Sequence record: LR990704
Direction: 5' to 3' (one strand)
DNA from: Escherichia phage vB_Eco_NR1
DNA length: 64,000 bases
Below the pieces are notes generated by a model. That model saw nothing but the letters and a program-made list of their open reading frames with translations. It was not told the DNA's origin and did not search any database. Both the position numbers and the translations under genes were made by a program. This document shows positions 13,104 to 22,104 of the stretch, piece by piece (position 1 is the stretch's first letter; each line of letters starts with the position of its first letter).

Positions 13104-14012
13104 TTAAAGGTCATTCAAAAGGTCATCCAGGTCCGTGTCATCAGCACTAGATGAACTGCCAGAGCTTGAGCTCATAAAATCATCTTCAGTTTTTGTATTG
13201 AAGTCATCAACATTGAATGCATCCAAATCATCAGCAACTTTATCAGCTTTCTTAGCGGCAGTTGCAGCGGCACCGCCCATCACAGCAGTTCCCATAACTT
13301 GACCGAATTTAGTGCTCAGTTCTTCAAATGATTTGAATTTATCTTTAGAAGTCATTTCAGAAAGGTCAACCATTTGTTCGAACAGTTCTTTCTGGAAAGA
13401 TTCATCGTCAATGTTTGGAATCGCAGATTGATTCAGGAATTTAGATTCATCGTAGTTACTAAATCCAGAAACCTGTTTAACTTTCAGTACAAAGTTAGCA
13501 CCTTCCCACGGACAAGTTACATCAACCGGAGTTTCACCCATTTCAACATCAACCGCAATCATCGCGTTGATTTTATCCCAGATTTTCTTACCGAAACGAT
13601 ATTTAAATACTTTACCTTCATTTTCTGGAGCAGCTGGGTCTTTTACAACAAGGATATTAGCCCAGTAAGAAGTTTTACGTTTAACAAGACTGTACTCTTT
13701 ATTGTCAGTGTTGTACAGATCATTTTTACTGATGTATTGACATACTGGGCAAGAATCGTAATCACCGTGGGTAGATGAACAATTTTCGATATACCATTTA
13801 CCATTTTTCTTGAAACCGTGATTTACAAGAATTGCGAATGGTGCTTGTTCATCATTTTTAGACGGAAGAAAACGAATTACTGCTTGACCGTTACCCGCAT
13901 TGTCGAGTTTCAGTTTCCACTCGCCTTTATCTTCAGAAGAAAAACCACCTTTATTTCCAGCCAGTTTAGCCATTTGTGCAGCGAGTTCAGCAGTAGATTT
14001 ACGTTTAAACAT
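13104..14012 (-). CDS. 32: single-stranded DNA-binding protein gp32
   Basis: 302 aa; Zn-binding [11 protein letters not shown] motif, acidic Ser/Asp-rich C-terminus; matches recalled T4 gp32. Confidence 0.97.
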   Translation of the reverse strand: MFKRKSTAELAAQMAKLAGNKGGFSSEDKGEWKLKLDNAGNGQAVIRFLPSKNDEQAPFAILVNHGFKKNGKWYIENCSSTHGDYDSCPVCQYISKNDLYNTDNKEYSLVKRKTSYWANILVVKDPAAPENEGKVFKYRFGKKIWDKINAMIAVDVEMGETPVDVTCPWEGANFVLKVKQVSGFSNYDESKFLNQSAIPNIDDESFQKELFEQMVDLSEMTSKDKFKSFEELSTKFGQVMGTAVMGGAAATAAKKADKVADDLDAFNVDDFNTKTEDDFMSSSSGSSSSADDTDLDDLLNDL

Positions 14013-14090
14013 TTTTATTTCCTTTTTAATTTAATTAACAGTTGGTGCTATGACGATGTATGACCTCATAGCTGGTCAGTGAGATAATTA
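14013..14090 (-). promoter_or_regulatory. gene 32 translational operator (pseudoknot plus AU-rich unstructured region)
   Basis: leader reads ...UGACCAGCUAUGAGGUCAUACAUCGUCAUAGCACCAACUGUUAAUUAAAUUAAAAAGGAAAUAAAAAUG, matching the known T4 gp32 autoregulatory leader. Confidence 0.7.
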
Positions 14091-14095
14091 TAATC

Positions 14096-14103
14096 TATTT
14101 ATA
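14096..14103 (-). promoter_or_regulatory. late promoter TATAAATA upstream of gene 32
   Basis: reverse complement of tatttata is TATAAATA, in gene 32 leader. Confidence 0.6.
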
Positions 14104-14111
14104 ATAAGCAA

Positions 14112-14765
14112 TTAATATTTGCAAGATTTCACAGTTTCAATAAAAACACTTTTAGCTTTCTGTGAATCAATATTTAAAATTTTTCTATAAGCCTTTAACT
14201 TTATAGAATAATTATTCCAGACTAAATTATCAGTCTGTTCATCATGTTTATCAATTATATTTAAAAATGAATCAAGCAAGATAAACGTCTCAAACGAAAT
14301 TATATTCGATTGAAGTAGTTTAAAAATATAACTTGATTGAACTTTTGGATTATACTCAAAGATTTCTTTAAAAGCAGAAACTTCAACTTTTTTACTAAAA
14401 TAATAGATATTCCTAATATCTTCTTCAAATTTAAATTTAACTTGCTTTAAGCGACCGATATATTCACGATAAAACACAAGTGCATCAGCGTCAGAGATAT
14501 CACCAATCCAAGCATCTTGGTTAGCAACCAAATTGCTTATAAAGATTAAAGCAAGTTCCTTTAATTTATATTTTTCTGATAACTTCTGGAAAAAATACTT
14601 ATCCCTTCGCTTTTGATAAGCAGCATCAGACACCCGCATGCACCAATTATACTTAATAACATCATACTTTCCATTCATATGCTGTTTTATCATTAAGTAT
14701 AATTTATAAACTGATTTACCATCAATGTATCTTTCACCACCAGCAGGCATGCGGAGTTTAATCAT
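14112..14765 (-). CDS. 59: helicase loader gp59
   Basis: 217 aa, same length and position as T4 gp59. Confidence 0.9.
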   Translation of the reverse strand: MIKLRMPAGGERYIDGKSVYKLYLMIKQHMNGKYDVIKYNWCMRVSDAAYQKRRDKYFFQKLSEKYKLKELALIFISNLVANQDAWIGDISDADALVFYREYIGRLKQVKFKFEEDIRNIYYFSKKVEVSAFKEIFEYNPKVQSSYIFKLLQSNIISFETFILLDSFLNIIDKHDEQTDNLVWNNYSIKLKAYRKILNIDSQKAKSVFIETVKSCKY

Positions 14766-15100
14766 AGCAGAAAATCTAATGTATTAGTTTTTTCACAACG
14801 AACAACAGAAGGACGTAAAAGATTTTCGTCAATAGCTTCTGACTGAATTTTTTCAATTATACCCGAAGGAATAAATTTAGCAAATTGAGTTTCAGGAATA
14901 GAATTTTCTTCCAAGAATGCTGTTGTAGCTTCAAGATAACTCATTCCAAACTCTTCTACCATTTTTTCAATAATAAATCCGTTTTCTTGACGATCAAGAA
15001 GCTTTGCTATTTCATCCTTTTCTTTCTTGATTGAAAGTTCTTTTTCTGAAAGACCGGTCTCATCGACCGGACGAATATCATTTAGAGAAAACTGTGTCAT
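14762..15100 (-). CDS. 33: late transcription co-activator gp33
   Basis: ORF track 14762..15109; MTQFSLNDIRPV start gives 112 aa as in T4 gp33. Confidence 0.9.
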   Translation of the reverse strand: MTQFSLNDIRPVDETGLSEKELSIKKEKDEIAKLLDRQENGFIIEKMVEEFGMSYLEATTAFLEENSIPETQFAKFIPSGIIEKIQSEAIDENLLRPSVVRCEKTNTLDFLL

Positions 15101-15347
15101 AAAGTTCAACTACCTCTTCAGTTTCAGCTTCAAACACATCACGGTTATCTTTATGATACAAAGCTAATAGACGATTAAACATCTTACCATCAACGCCAAG
15201 TTCATCTTTGGCACGAATTCGAATATCTTTAATCAGTTCATTATAACCGGAAATTTTCAGTTTATGATCAGATGCTTCTTTAATAAATTTAGCCAAGTCT
15301 TCGCCATGGATAGCTTCATCAAATTCAACCATTTCTTTTTTAGCCAT
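15078..15347 (-). CDS. dsbA: double-stranded DNA-binding protein DsbA
   Basis: 89 aa; matches recalled T4 DsbA; position between rnh and 33. Confidence 0.9.
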   Translation of the reverse strand: MAKKEMVEFDEAIHGEDLAKFIKEASDHKLKISGYNELIKDIRIRAKDELGVDGKMFNRLLALYHKDNRDVFEAETEEVVELYDTVFSK

Positions 15348-15355
15348 TATTCACC

Positions 15356-16273
15356 TCAAAATTCATTAATGCTATTAGTTAATTTAGAAAGACCCGCTTT
15401 TACAAAATATGAATAAATTTTGCCACGCGGTGGTAATTTATATGAATTATAGTAATTCACAATGTTTGAAGCAATATTATCAGGAATATAATCAAAATCA
15501 ATTAGAACTAAATTTTCTTTATAACGATTATATTCAGATTCAGTGAGAAGCACTTTAGCTTGCTCACGGTCATTAGCAATAGCTTCAACGATTGAAGTTT
15601 TCATTGAAGGAGTTCGTTCACCTTCAACTCTGGTAAACCAAAAGTCAGATCGTACTTTAACTGAAGCAACGTTGTCCTTTTTGTCGCCTTTAAGGATTTT
15701 AGTCATACAGTCAATTTCAGCAGAACCGCTTTTAATTTTAACCCATTTCTTATGCATCGGTGACCATTGCTTAACATTTGGGTATTTATGAAGCTGTGTA
15801 AAGTCACCATCCGATGAAATGATTAAAATCTTGTGTCCTTCTAAAGAGAACTTTTTAACAAGAACAGCAATGTGGTCATCTGCTTCATACTTATCAATAT
15901 CCATAACAATGTATGGCATATAAGCTTTCAATTCATCTATAACTTTATGACTGGATTCAAAATAACCTTCCCAGTCCCAAGTCGATTCTTCTCGTGCTTT
16001 TCCACGGTTTTTCTTATAATAATAAGCGAAATCACGACGCCAGTATCCAGATTTCGCGTTATCAATACACAGTACAATTTTAGTGTATCCAAGCGTTTTT
16101 GCTTTTTTGACATTAAACTTAATTGAGTTCAATATCAAATGACGAACCATTGATAAATTAATTTTTTCTTTATCTGGGAAGTTTACCAGAGCAGTTGAAA
16201 GCGCAATTTGACTAAAGTCAATAAAGCAAATTCCTTCTTTGTAATCTTCATCCAGCATCATTTCTAAATCCAT
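15356..16273 (-). CDS. rnh: RNase H (5-prime to 3-prime exonuclease, FEN family)
   Basis: ORF track 15356..16288; start trimmed to MDLEMMLDEDYKEG (305 aa) as in T4 RNase H. Confidence 0.93.
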   Translation of the reverse strand: MDLEMMLDEDYKEGICFIDFSQIALSTALVNFPDKEKINLSMVRHLILNSIKFNVKKAKTLGYTKIVLCIDNAKSGYWRRDFAYYYKKNRGKAREESTWDWEGYFESSHKVIDELKAYMPYIVMDIDKYEADDHIAVLVKKFSLEGHKILIISSDGDFTQLHKYPNVKQWSPMHKKWVKIKSGSAEIDCMTKILKGDKKDNVASVKVRSDFWFTRVEGERTPSMKTSIVEAIANDREQAKVLLTESEYNRYKENLVLIDFDYIPDNIASNIVNYYNSYKLPPRGKIYSYFVKAGLSKLTNSINEF

Positions 16274-16335
16274 ATGAACCTCGTTCAATTAGTGAGATTT
16301 CTATTATATACCATCCGAATCTTAAAGTAAACAAG

Positions 16336-16343
16336 TATAAATA
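16336..16343 (+). promoter_or_regulatory. T4-type late promoter TATAAATA for gene 34
   Basis: exact TATAAATA 35 nt upstream of gene 34 ATG. Confidence 0.75.
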
Positions 16344-16377
16344 CTTATTATTGAAAACACAATAGGAGCCCGGGAGA

Positions 16378-19300
16378 ATGGCCGAGATTAAAAGAAAGTT
16401 CAGAGCAGAAGACGGTCTGGACGCAGGTGGCGATAAAATAATCAACGTAGCTTTAGCTGATCGTACCGTAGGAACTGACGGTGTTAACGTTGATTACTTA
16501 ATTCAAGAAAACACAGTTCAACAATACGATCCAACTCGTGGATATTTAAAAGATTTTGTAATCATTTATGATAACCGCTTTTGGGCTGCTATAAATGATA
16601 TTCCAAAACCAGCAGGAGCTTTTAATAGCGGACGCTGGAGAGCATTACGTACCGATGCTAACTGGATTACGGTTTCATCTGGTTCATATCAATTAAAATC
16701 CGGTGAAGCTATTTCGGTTAACACTGCAGCTGGAAATGACATCACGTTTACTTTACCATCTACTCCAATTGATGGTGATACTATCGTTCTCCAAGATATT
16801 GGAGGAAAACCTGGAGTTAACCAAGTTTTAATTGTAGCTCCAGTGCAAAGTATTGTAAACTTCAGAGGTCAACAAGTACGTTCAGTACTAATGACTCATC
16901 CAAAATCGCAGATAGTTTTAATTTTTAGTAATCGTCTGTGGCAAATGTATGTTGCTGATTATAGTAGAGAAGCTGTAGTTGTAACACCAGCAAGTCTCTA
17001 TCAGGCGCAATCTAATGATTTTATCGTACGTAGATTTACTTCTGCTGCACCAATTAATGTTAAACTTCCAAGATTTGCTAATCATGGCGATATTATTAAT
17101 TTCGTTGATTTAGATAAACTGAATCCACTTTATCATACAATTGTTACTACATACGATGAAACGACTTCAGTACAAGAAGTTGGAACTCATTCCATTGAAG
17201 GCCGTACATCAATTGACGGTTTCTTGATGTTTGATGATAATGAGAAATTGTGGAGATTGTTTGACGGGGATAGTAAAGCACGTTTACGCATTATAACGAC
17301 TAATTCTAATATTCGTCCAAACGAAGAAGTCATGGTATTTGGTGCGAATAACGGAACAACTCAAACAATTGAGCTTCAGCTTCCAACTAATATTTCTGTT
17401 GGTGATACTGTTAAAATTTCCATGAATTACATGAGAAAAGGACAAACAGTTAAAATCAAAGCTGCGGGCGAAGATAAAATTGCTTCTTCAGTTCAATTAC
17501 TGCAATTCCCAAAACGCTCAGAATATCCACCTGAAGCTGAATGGGTTACAGTTCAAGAATTAGTTTTTAACGGTGAAACTAATTATGTTCCAGTTTTACA
17601 ACTTGCTTATATAGAAGATTCTGATGGAAAATACTGGGTTGTACAGCAAAACGTTCCAACTGTAGAAAGAGTTGATTCTTTAAATGATTCTACTAGAGCA
17701 AGATTAGGCGTAATTGCTTTAGCTACACAAGCTCAAGCTAATGCCGATTTAGAAAATTCTCCACAAAAAGAATTAGCAATTACTCCAGAAACATTAGCTA
17801 ACCGTACTGCTACTGAAACTCGCAGAGGTATTGCAAGAATAGCAACTACTGCTCAAGTGAATCAGAACACCACATTCTCTTTTGCAGATGACCTTATCAT
17901 TACTCCTAAAAAGCTGAATGAAAGAACTGCTACAGAAACTCGCAGAGGTGTTGCTGAAATTGCTACGCAGCAAGAAACTAATGCAGGAACCGATGATACT
18001 ACAATCATCACTCCTAAAAAGCTTCAAGCTCGCCAAGGTTCTGAATCATTATCTGGTATTGTAACTTTTGTATCTACTGCAGGTGCTACTCCAGCTTCTA
18101 GTCGTGAATTAAATGGTACGAATGTTTATAATAAAAACACTAATAATTTAGTTGTTTCACCTAAAGCTTTGGATCAGTATAAAGCTACTCCAACACAGCA
18201 AGGTGCAGTAATTTTAGCAGTTGAAAGTGAAGTAATTGCTGGACAAAGCCAAGAAGGATGGGCAAATGCGGTTGTAACGCCAGAAACGTTACATAAAAAG
18301 ACATCAACTGATGCAAGAATTGGTTTAATTGAAATTGCTACGCAAAGTGAAGTTAATACAGGAACTGATTATACTCGTGCAGTCACTCCTAAAACTTTAA
18401 ATGACCGTAGAGCAACTGAAAGTTTAAGTGGTATAGCTGAAATTGCTACACAAGTTGAATTCGACGCAGGCGTCGACGATACTCGTATCTCTACACCATT
18501 AAAAATTAAAACCAGATTTAATAGTACTGATCGTACTTCTGTTGTTGCTCTATCTGGATTAGTTGAATCAGGAACTCTCTGGGACCATTATACCCTTAAT
18601 ATTCTTGAAGCAAATGAGACACAGCGTGGTACACTTCGTGTAGCTACACAGGTCGAAGCTGCTGCAGGAACATTAGATAATGTTTTAATAACTCCTAAAA
18701 AGCTTTTAGGTACTAAATCTACCGAATCGCAAGAAGGTGTTATTAAAGTTGCAACTCAGTCTGAAACTGTGGCTGGAACGTCAGCAAATACTGCTGTATC
18801 TCCAAAAAATTTAAAATGGATTGCGCAGAGTGAACCTACCTGGGCAGCTACTACTGCGATAAGAGGTTTTGTTAAAACTTCATCTGGTTCAATTACATTC
18901 GTTGGTAATGATACAGTCGGTTCTACCCAAGATTTAGAACTGTATGAGAAAAATAGCTATGCAGTATCACCATATGAATTAAACCGTGTATTAGCAAATT
19001 ATTTGCCGTTAAAAGCAAAAGCTGCTGATACAAATTTATTGGATGGTCTAGATTCATCTCAGTTCATTCGTAGGGATATTGCACAGACAGTTAATGGTTC
19101 ACTAACCTTAACTCAACAAACGAATCTGAGTGCCCCTCTTGTATCATCTAGTACTGCTACGTTTGGCGGATCAGTTTCGGCAAACAGCACATTAACTATT
19201 TCTAATACTGGAACGGCAACTCGTCTGATTTTTGAGAAAGGACCTCAAACTGGAACTAACCCAGCGCAGACGATGACTATCAGAGTTTGGGGAAATCAGT

Positions 19301-20247
19301 TTGGTGGCGGTTCAGATACAATGCGTTCTACTGTATTTGAAGTTGGTGATGAAACGTCTAATCACTTTTATTCTCAACGCAATAAAGCTGGGAATATAAC
19401 GTTTAGTATCAATGGTACTGTAATGCCAATAAATGTTAATGCTTCGGGTTCTTTGAATGCGAACGGCGTTGCAACATTTGGTAGTTCAGTTACTGCTAAT
19501 GGTGAATTCATCAGCAAGTCTGCAAATGCTTTCAGAGCAATAAATGGCGACTATGGATTCTTTATTCGCAATGATGCTGCTAACACCTATTTTATGCTTA
19601 CTGCATCGGGTGATCAGACTGGCGGATTTAATGGATTACGTCCTTTAGCTATTAATAATGCATCTGGTCAAGTAACGATTGGTGAAAGCTTAATCATTGC
19701 CAAAGGTGCTACTATAAATTCAGGTGGTTTAACTGTTAACTCGAGAATTCGTTCTCAGGGCACTAAAACATCTGACTTATATACCCGTGCGCCAACGTCT
19801 GATACTGTAGGATTCTGGTCAATCGATATTAATGATTCAGCTACTTATAACCAGTTCCCAGGTTATTTTAAAATGGTTGAAAAAACTAATGAAGTGACTG
19901 GGCTTCCATACTTAGAACGTGGCGAAGAAGTTAAATCTCCTGGTACATTGACTCAGTTTGGTAACACACTTGATTCGCTTTACCAAGATTGGATTACTTA
20001 TCCAACGACTCCAGAAGCACGTACCACTCGCTGGACACGTACATGGCAGAAAACCAAAAACTCTTGGTCAAGTTTTGTTCAGGTATTTGACGGAGGTAAC
20101 CCTCCTCAGCCGTCTGATATCGGTGCTTTACCATCTGATAATGCTACAATGGGGAATCTTACTATTCGTGATTTCTTACGAATTGGTAATGTTCGCATTA
20201 TTCCTGACCCAGTGAATAAAACGGTTAAATTTGAATGGGTTGAATAA
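16378..20247 (+). CDS. 34: long tail fibre proximal subunit gp34
   Basis: 1289 aa (T4 gp34 1289 aa); repeated IATQ/ETRRG beta-helix motifs; TATAAATA late promoter 35 nt upstream. Confidence 0.97.
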   Translation: MAEIKRKFRAEDGLDAGGDKIINVALADRTVGTDGVNVDYLIQENTVQQYDPTRGYLKDFVIIYDNRFWAAINDIPKPAGAFNSGRWRALRTDANWITVSSGSYQLKSGEAISVNTAAGNDITFTLPSTPIDGDTIVLQDIGGKPGVNQVLIVAPVQSIVNFRGQQVRSVLMTHPKSQIVLIFSNRLWQMYVADYSREAVVVTPASLYQAQSNDFIVRRFTSAAPINVKLPRFANHGDIINFVDLDKLNPLYHTIVTTYDETTSVQEVGTHSIEGRTSIDGFLMFDDNEKLWRLFDGDSKARLRIITTNSNIRPNEEVMVFGANNGTTQTIELQLPTNISVGDTVKISMNYMRKGQTVKIKAAGEDKIASSVQLLQFPKRSEYPPEAEWVTVQELVFNGETNYVPVLQLAYIEDSDGKYWVVQQNVPTVERVDSLNDSTRARLGVIALATQAQANADLENSPQKELAITPETLANRTATETRRGIARIATTAQVNQNTTFSFADDLIITPKKLNERTATETRRGVAEIATQQETNAGTDDTTIITPKKLQARQGSESLSGIVTFVSTAGATPASSRELNGTNVYNKNTNNLVVSPKALDQYKATPTQQGAVILAVESEVIAGQSQEGWANAVVTPETLHKKTSTDARIGLIEIATQSEVNTGTDYTRAVTPKTLNDRRATESLSGIAEIATQVEFDAGVDDTRISTPLKIKTRFNSTDRTSVVALSGLVESGTLWDHYTLNILEANETQRGTLRVATQVEAAAGTLDNVLITPKKLLGTKSTESQEGVIKVATQSETVAGTSANTAVSPKNLKWIAQSEPTWAATTAIRGFVKTSSGSITFVGNDTVGSTQDLELYEKNSYAVSPYELNRVLANYLPLKAKAADTNLLDGLDSSQFIRRDIAQTVNGSLTLTQQTNLSAPLVSSSTATFGGSVSANSTLTISNTGTATRLIFEKGPQTGTNPAQTMTIRVWGNQFGGGSDTMRSTVFEVGDETSNHFYSQRNKAGNITFSINGTVMPINVNASGSLNANGVATFGSSVTANGEFISKSANAFRAINGDYGFFIRNDAANTYFMLTASGDQTGGFNGLRPLAINNASGQVTIGESLIIAKGATINSGGLTVNSRIRSQGTKTSDLYTRAPTSDTVGFWSIDINDSATYNQFPGYFKMVEKTNEVTGLPYLERGEEVKSPGTLTQFGNTLDSLYQDWITYPTTPEARTTRWTRTWQKTKNSWSSFVQVFDGGNPPQPSDIGALPSDNATMGNLTIRDFLRIGNVRIIPDPVNKTVKFEWVE

Positions 20248-20255
20248 GAGGTATT

Positions 20256-21371
20256 ATGGAAAAATTTATGGCAGAGTTTGGACAAGGATATGTCCAAACG
20301 CCATTTTTATCGGAAAGCAATTCAGTAAGATACAAAATAAGTATAGCGGGTTCTTGCCCGCTTTCTACTGCAGGACCATACGTTAAATTTCAGGATAATC
20401 CTGTAGGAAGTCAAACATTTAGCGCAGGACTTCATTTAAGAGTTTTTGACCCTTCCACCGGAGCATTAGTTGATAGTAAGTCATATGCTTTTTCGACTTC
20501 AAATGATACTACATCAGCTGCTTTTGTTAGCTTCATGAATTCTTTGACAAATAATAGAATTGTTGCTATATTAACTAACGGAAAGGTTAATTTTCCTCCT
20601 GAAGTAGTATCTTGGCTAAGAACTGCAGGAACGTCTGCTTTTCCATCTGATTCTATATTGTCAAGATTCGACGTATCATATGCTGCTTTTTATACTTCTT
20701 CTAAAAGAGCTATCGCATTAGAGCATGTTAAATTAAGTAATAGAAAAAGCACAGATGATTATCAAACTATTTTAGATGTTGTATTTGACAGTTTAGAAGA
20801 CGTTGGAGCTACCGGGTTTCCAAGAAGAACGTATGAAAGCGTTGAGCAATTCATGTCAGCGGTTGGTGGAACTAATAACGAAATTGCGCGATTGCCAACT
20901 TCAGCTGCTATAAGTAAATTATCTGATTATAATTTAATTCCTGGCGATGTTCTTTATCTTAAAGCTCAGTTATATGCTGATGCTGATTTACTTGCGCTTG
21001 GAACTACGAATATATCCATTCGATTTTATAATGCATCAAATGGATATATTTCCTCAACACAGGCTGAATTTACCGGGCAAGCTGGATCTTGGGAATTAAA
21101 GGAAGATTATGTAGTTGTTCCAGAAAACGCTGTAGGATTTACGATATATGCACAAAGAACTGCACAAGCTGGCCAAGGTGGCATGAGAAATTTAAGCTTT
21201 TCTGAAGTATCAAGAAACGGCGGCATTTCAAAACCTGCTGAATTTGGCGTCAATGGTATTCGTGTTAATTATATCTGTGAATCTGCTTCACCTCCGGATA
21301 TAATGGTACTTCCTACACAAGCATCGTCTAAAACTGGTAAAGTGTTTGGGCAAGAATTTAGAGAAGTATAA
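20256..21371 (+). CDS. 35: long tail fibre hinge (knee) protein gp35
   Basis: 371 aa; position and size as T4 gp35; SD AAGAGG. Confidence 0.93.
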   Translation: MEKFMAEFGQGYVQTPFLSESNSVRYKISIAGSCPLSTAGPYVKFQDNPVGSQTFSAGLHLRVFDPSTGALVDSKSYAFSTSNDTTSAAFVSFMNSLTNNRIVAILTNGKVNFPPEVVSWLRTAGTSAFPSDSILSRFDVSYAAFYTSSKRAIALEHVKLSNRKSTDDYQTILDVVFDSLEDVGATGFPRRTYESVEQFMSAVGGTNNEIARLPTSAAISKLSDYNLIPGDVLYLKAQLYADADLLALGTTNISIRFYNASNGYISSTQAEFTGQAGSWELKEDYVVVPENAVGFTIYAQRTAQAGQGGMRNLSFSEVSRNGGISKPAEFGVNGIRVNYICESASPPDIMVLPTQASSKTGKVFGQEFREV

Positions 21372-21377
21372 ATTGAG

Positions 21378-21400
21378 GGAGCCTTCGGGTTCCCTTTTTC
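21378..21400 (+). terminator. rho-independent terminator after gene 35
   Basis: GGGAGCC-TTCG-GGTTCCC followed by TTTTT. Confidence 0.7.
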
Positions 21401-21403
21401 TTT

Positions 21404-21411
21404 ATAAATAC
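21404..21411 (+). promoter_or_regulatory. T4-type late promoter TATAAATA for gene 36
   Basis: exact TATAAATA 23 nt upstream of gene 36 ATG, just after the gene 35 terminator. Confidence 0.75.
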
Positions 21412-21433
21412 TATTAAAATAAAGGGGCATACA

Positions 21434-22096
21434 ATGGCTGATTTAAAAGTAGGTTCAACAACTGGAGGCTCTGTCATTTGGCATCAAGGAAATTTTCCAT
21501 TGAATCCAGCCGGTGACGATGTACTCTATAAATCATTTAAAATATATTCAGAATATAACAAACCACAAGCTGCAGATAACGATTTCGTTTCTAAAGCTAA
21601 TGGTGGTACTTACGCCGCGACTGTTCGATTTAATGGAGGCGTACATGTTCCTACTATAGGTAGTAGTCAACAGTGTGGTGTTTATCCAGGTAACGGTGAT
21701 GCAGCTACTTTTGCTATGGCAAATATTGACATCGTTTCGTGGAATGGTATTGGTTTTAAATCATCACAAGGTTCAGCAGACCGAACTGTTGTAATTAATG
21801 CACGTAATGGTGATATTAGTACAAAAGGCGTTGTGACAGCAGTAGGTCAAATAAGAAGTAATGCAGTTTCTCCTGTATCAGCAAATGACCTTACTAGAAA
21901 GGACTATGTTGATGGAGCAATAAATACTGTTACAGCAAATGCGAACTCTAGAGTGTTGCGTTCTGGCGACACTATGATAGGTAATTTAACCGCGCCAAAC
22001 TTTTTCTCACAGAATCCTGCATCTCAACCTTCACATGTTCCACGATTTGACCAAATCGTAATTAAGGATTCTGTTCAAGATTTCGGCTATTATTAA
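21434..22096 (+). CDS. 36: long tail fibre distal connector gp36
   Basis: 220 aa; own late promoter TATAAATA at 21404..21411; size and position as T4 gp36. Confidence 0.93.
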   Translation: MADLKVGSTTGGSVIWHQGNFPLNPAGDDVLYKSFKIYSEYNKPQAADNDFVSKANGGTYAATVRFNGGVHVPTIGSSQQCGVYPGNGDAATFAMANIDIVSWNGIGFKSSQGSADRTVVINARNGDISTKGVVTAVGQIRSNAVSPVSANDLTRKDYVDGAINTVTANANSRVLRSGDTMIGNLTAPNFFSQNPASQPSHVPRFDQIVIKDSVQDFGYY

Positions 22097-22104
22097 GAGG
22101 ACTT

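Noticed and set aside
17794-18036. Minus-strand ORFs inside the tail fibre genes 34-38 (e.g. 17794..18036, 23149..23576, 24489..24743, 26431..26625)
   Set aside because: Antisense to long, well-supported late genes; no independent signals.
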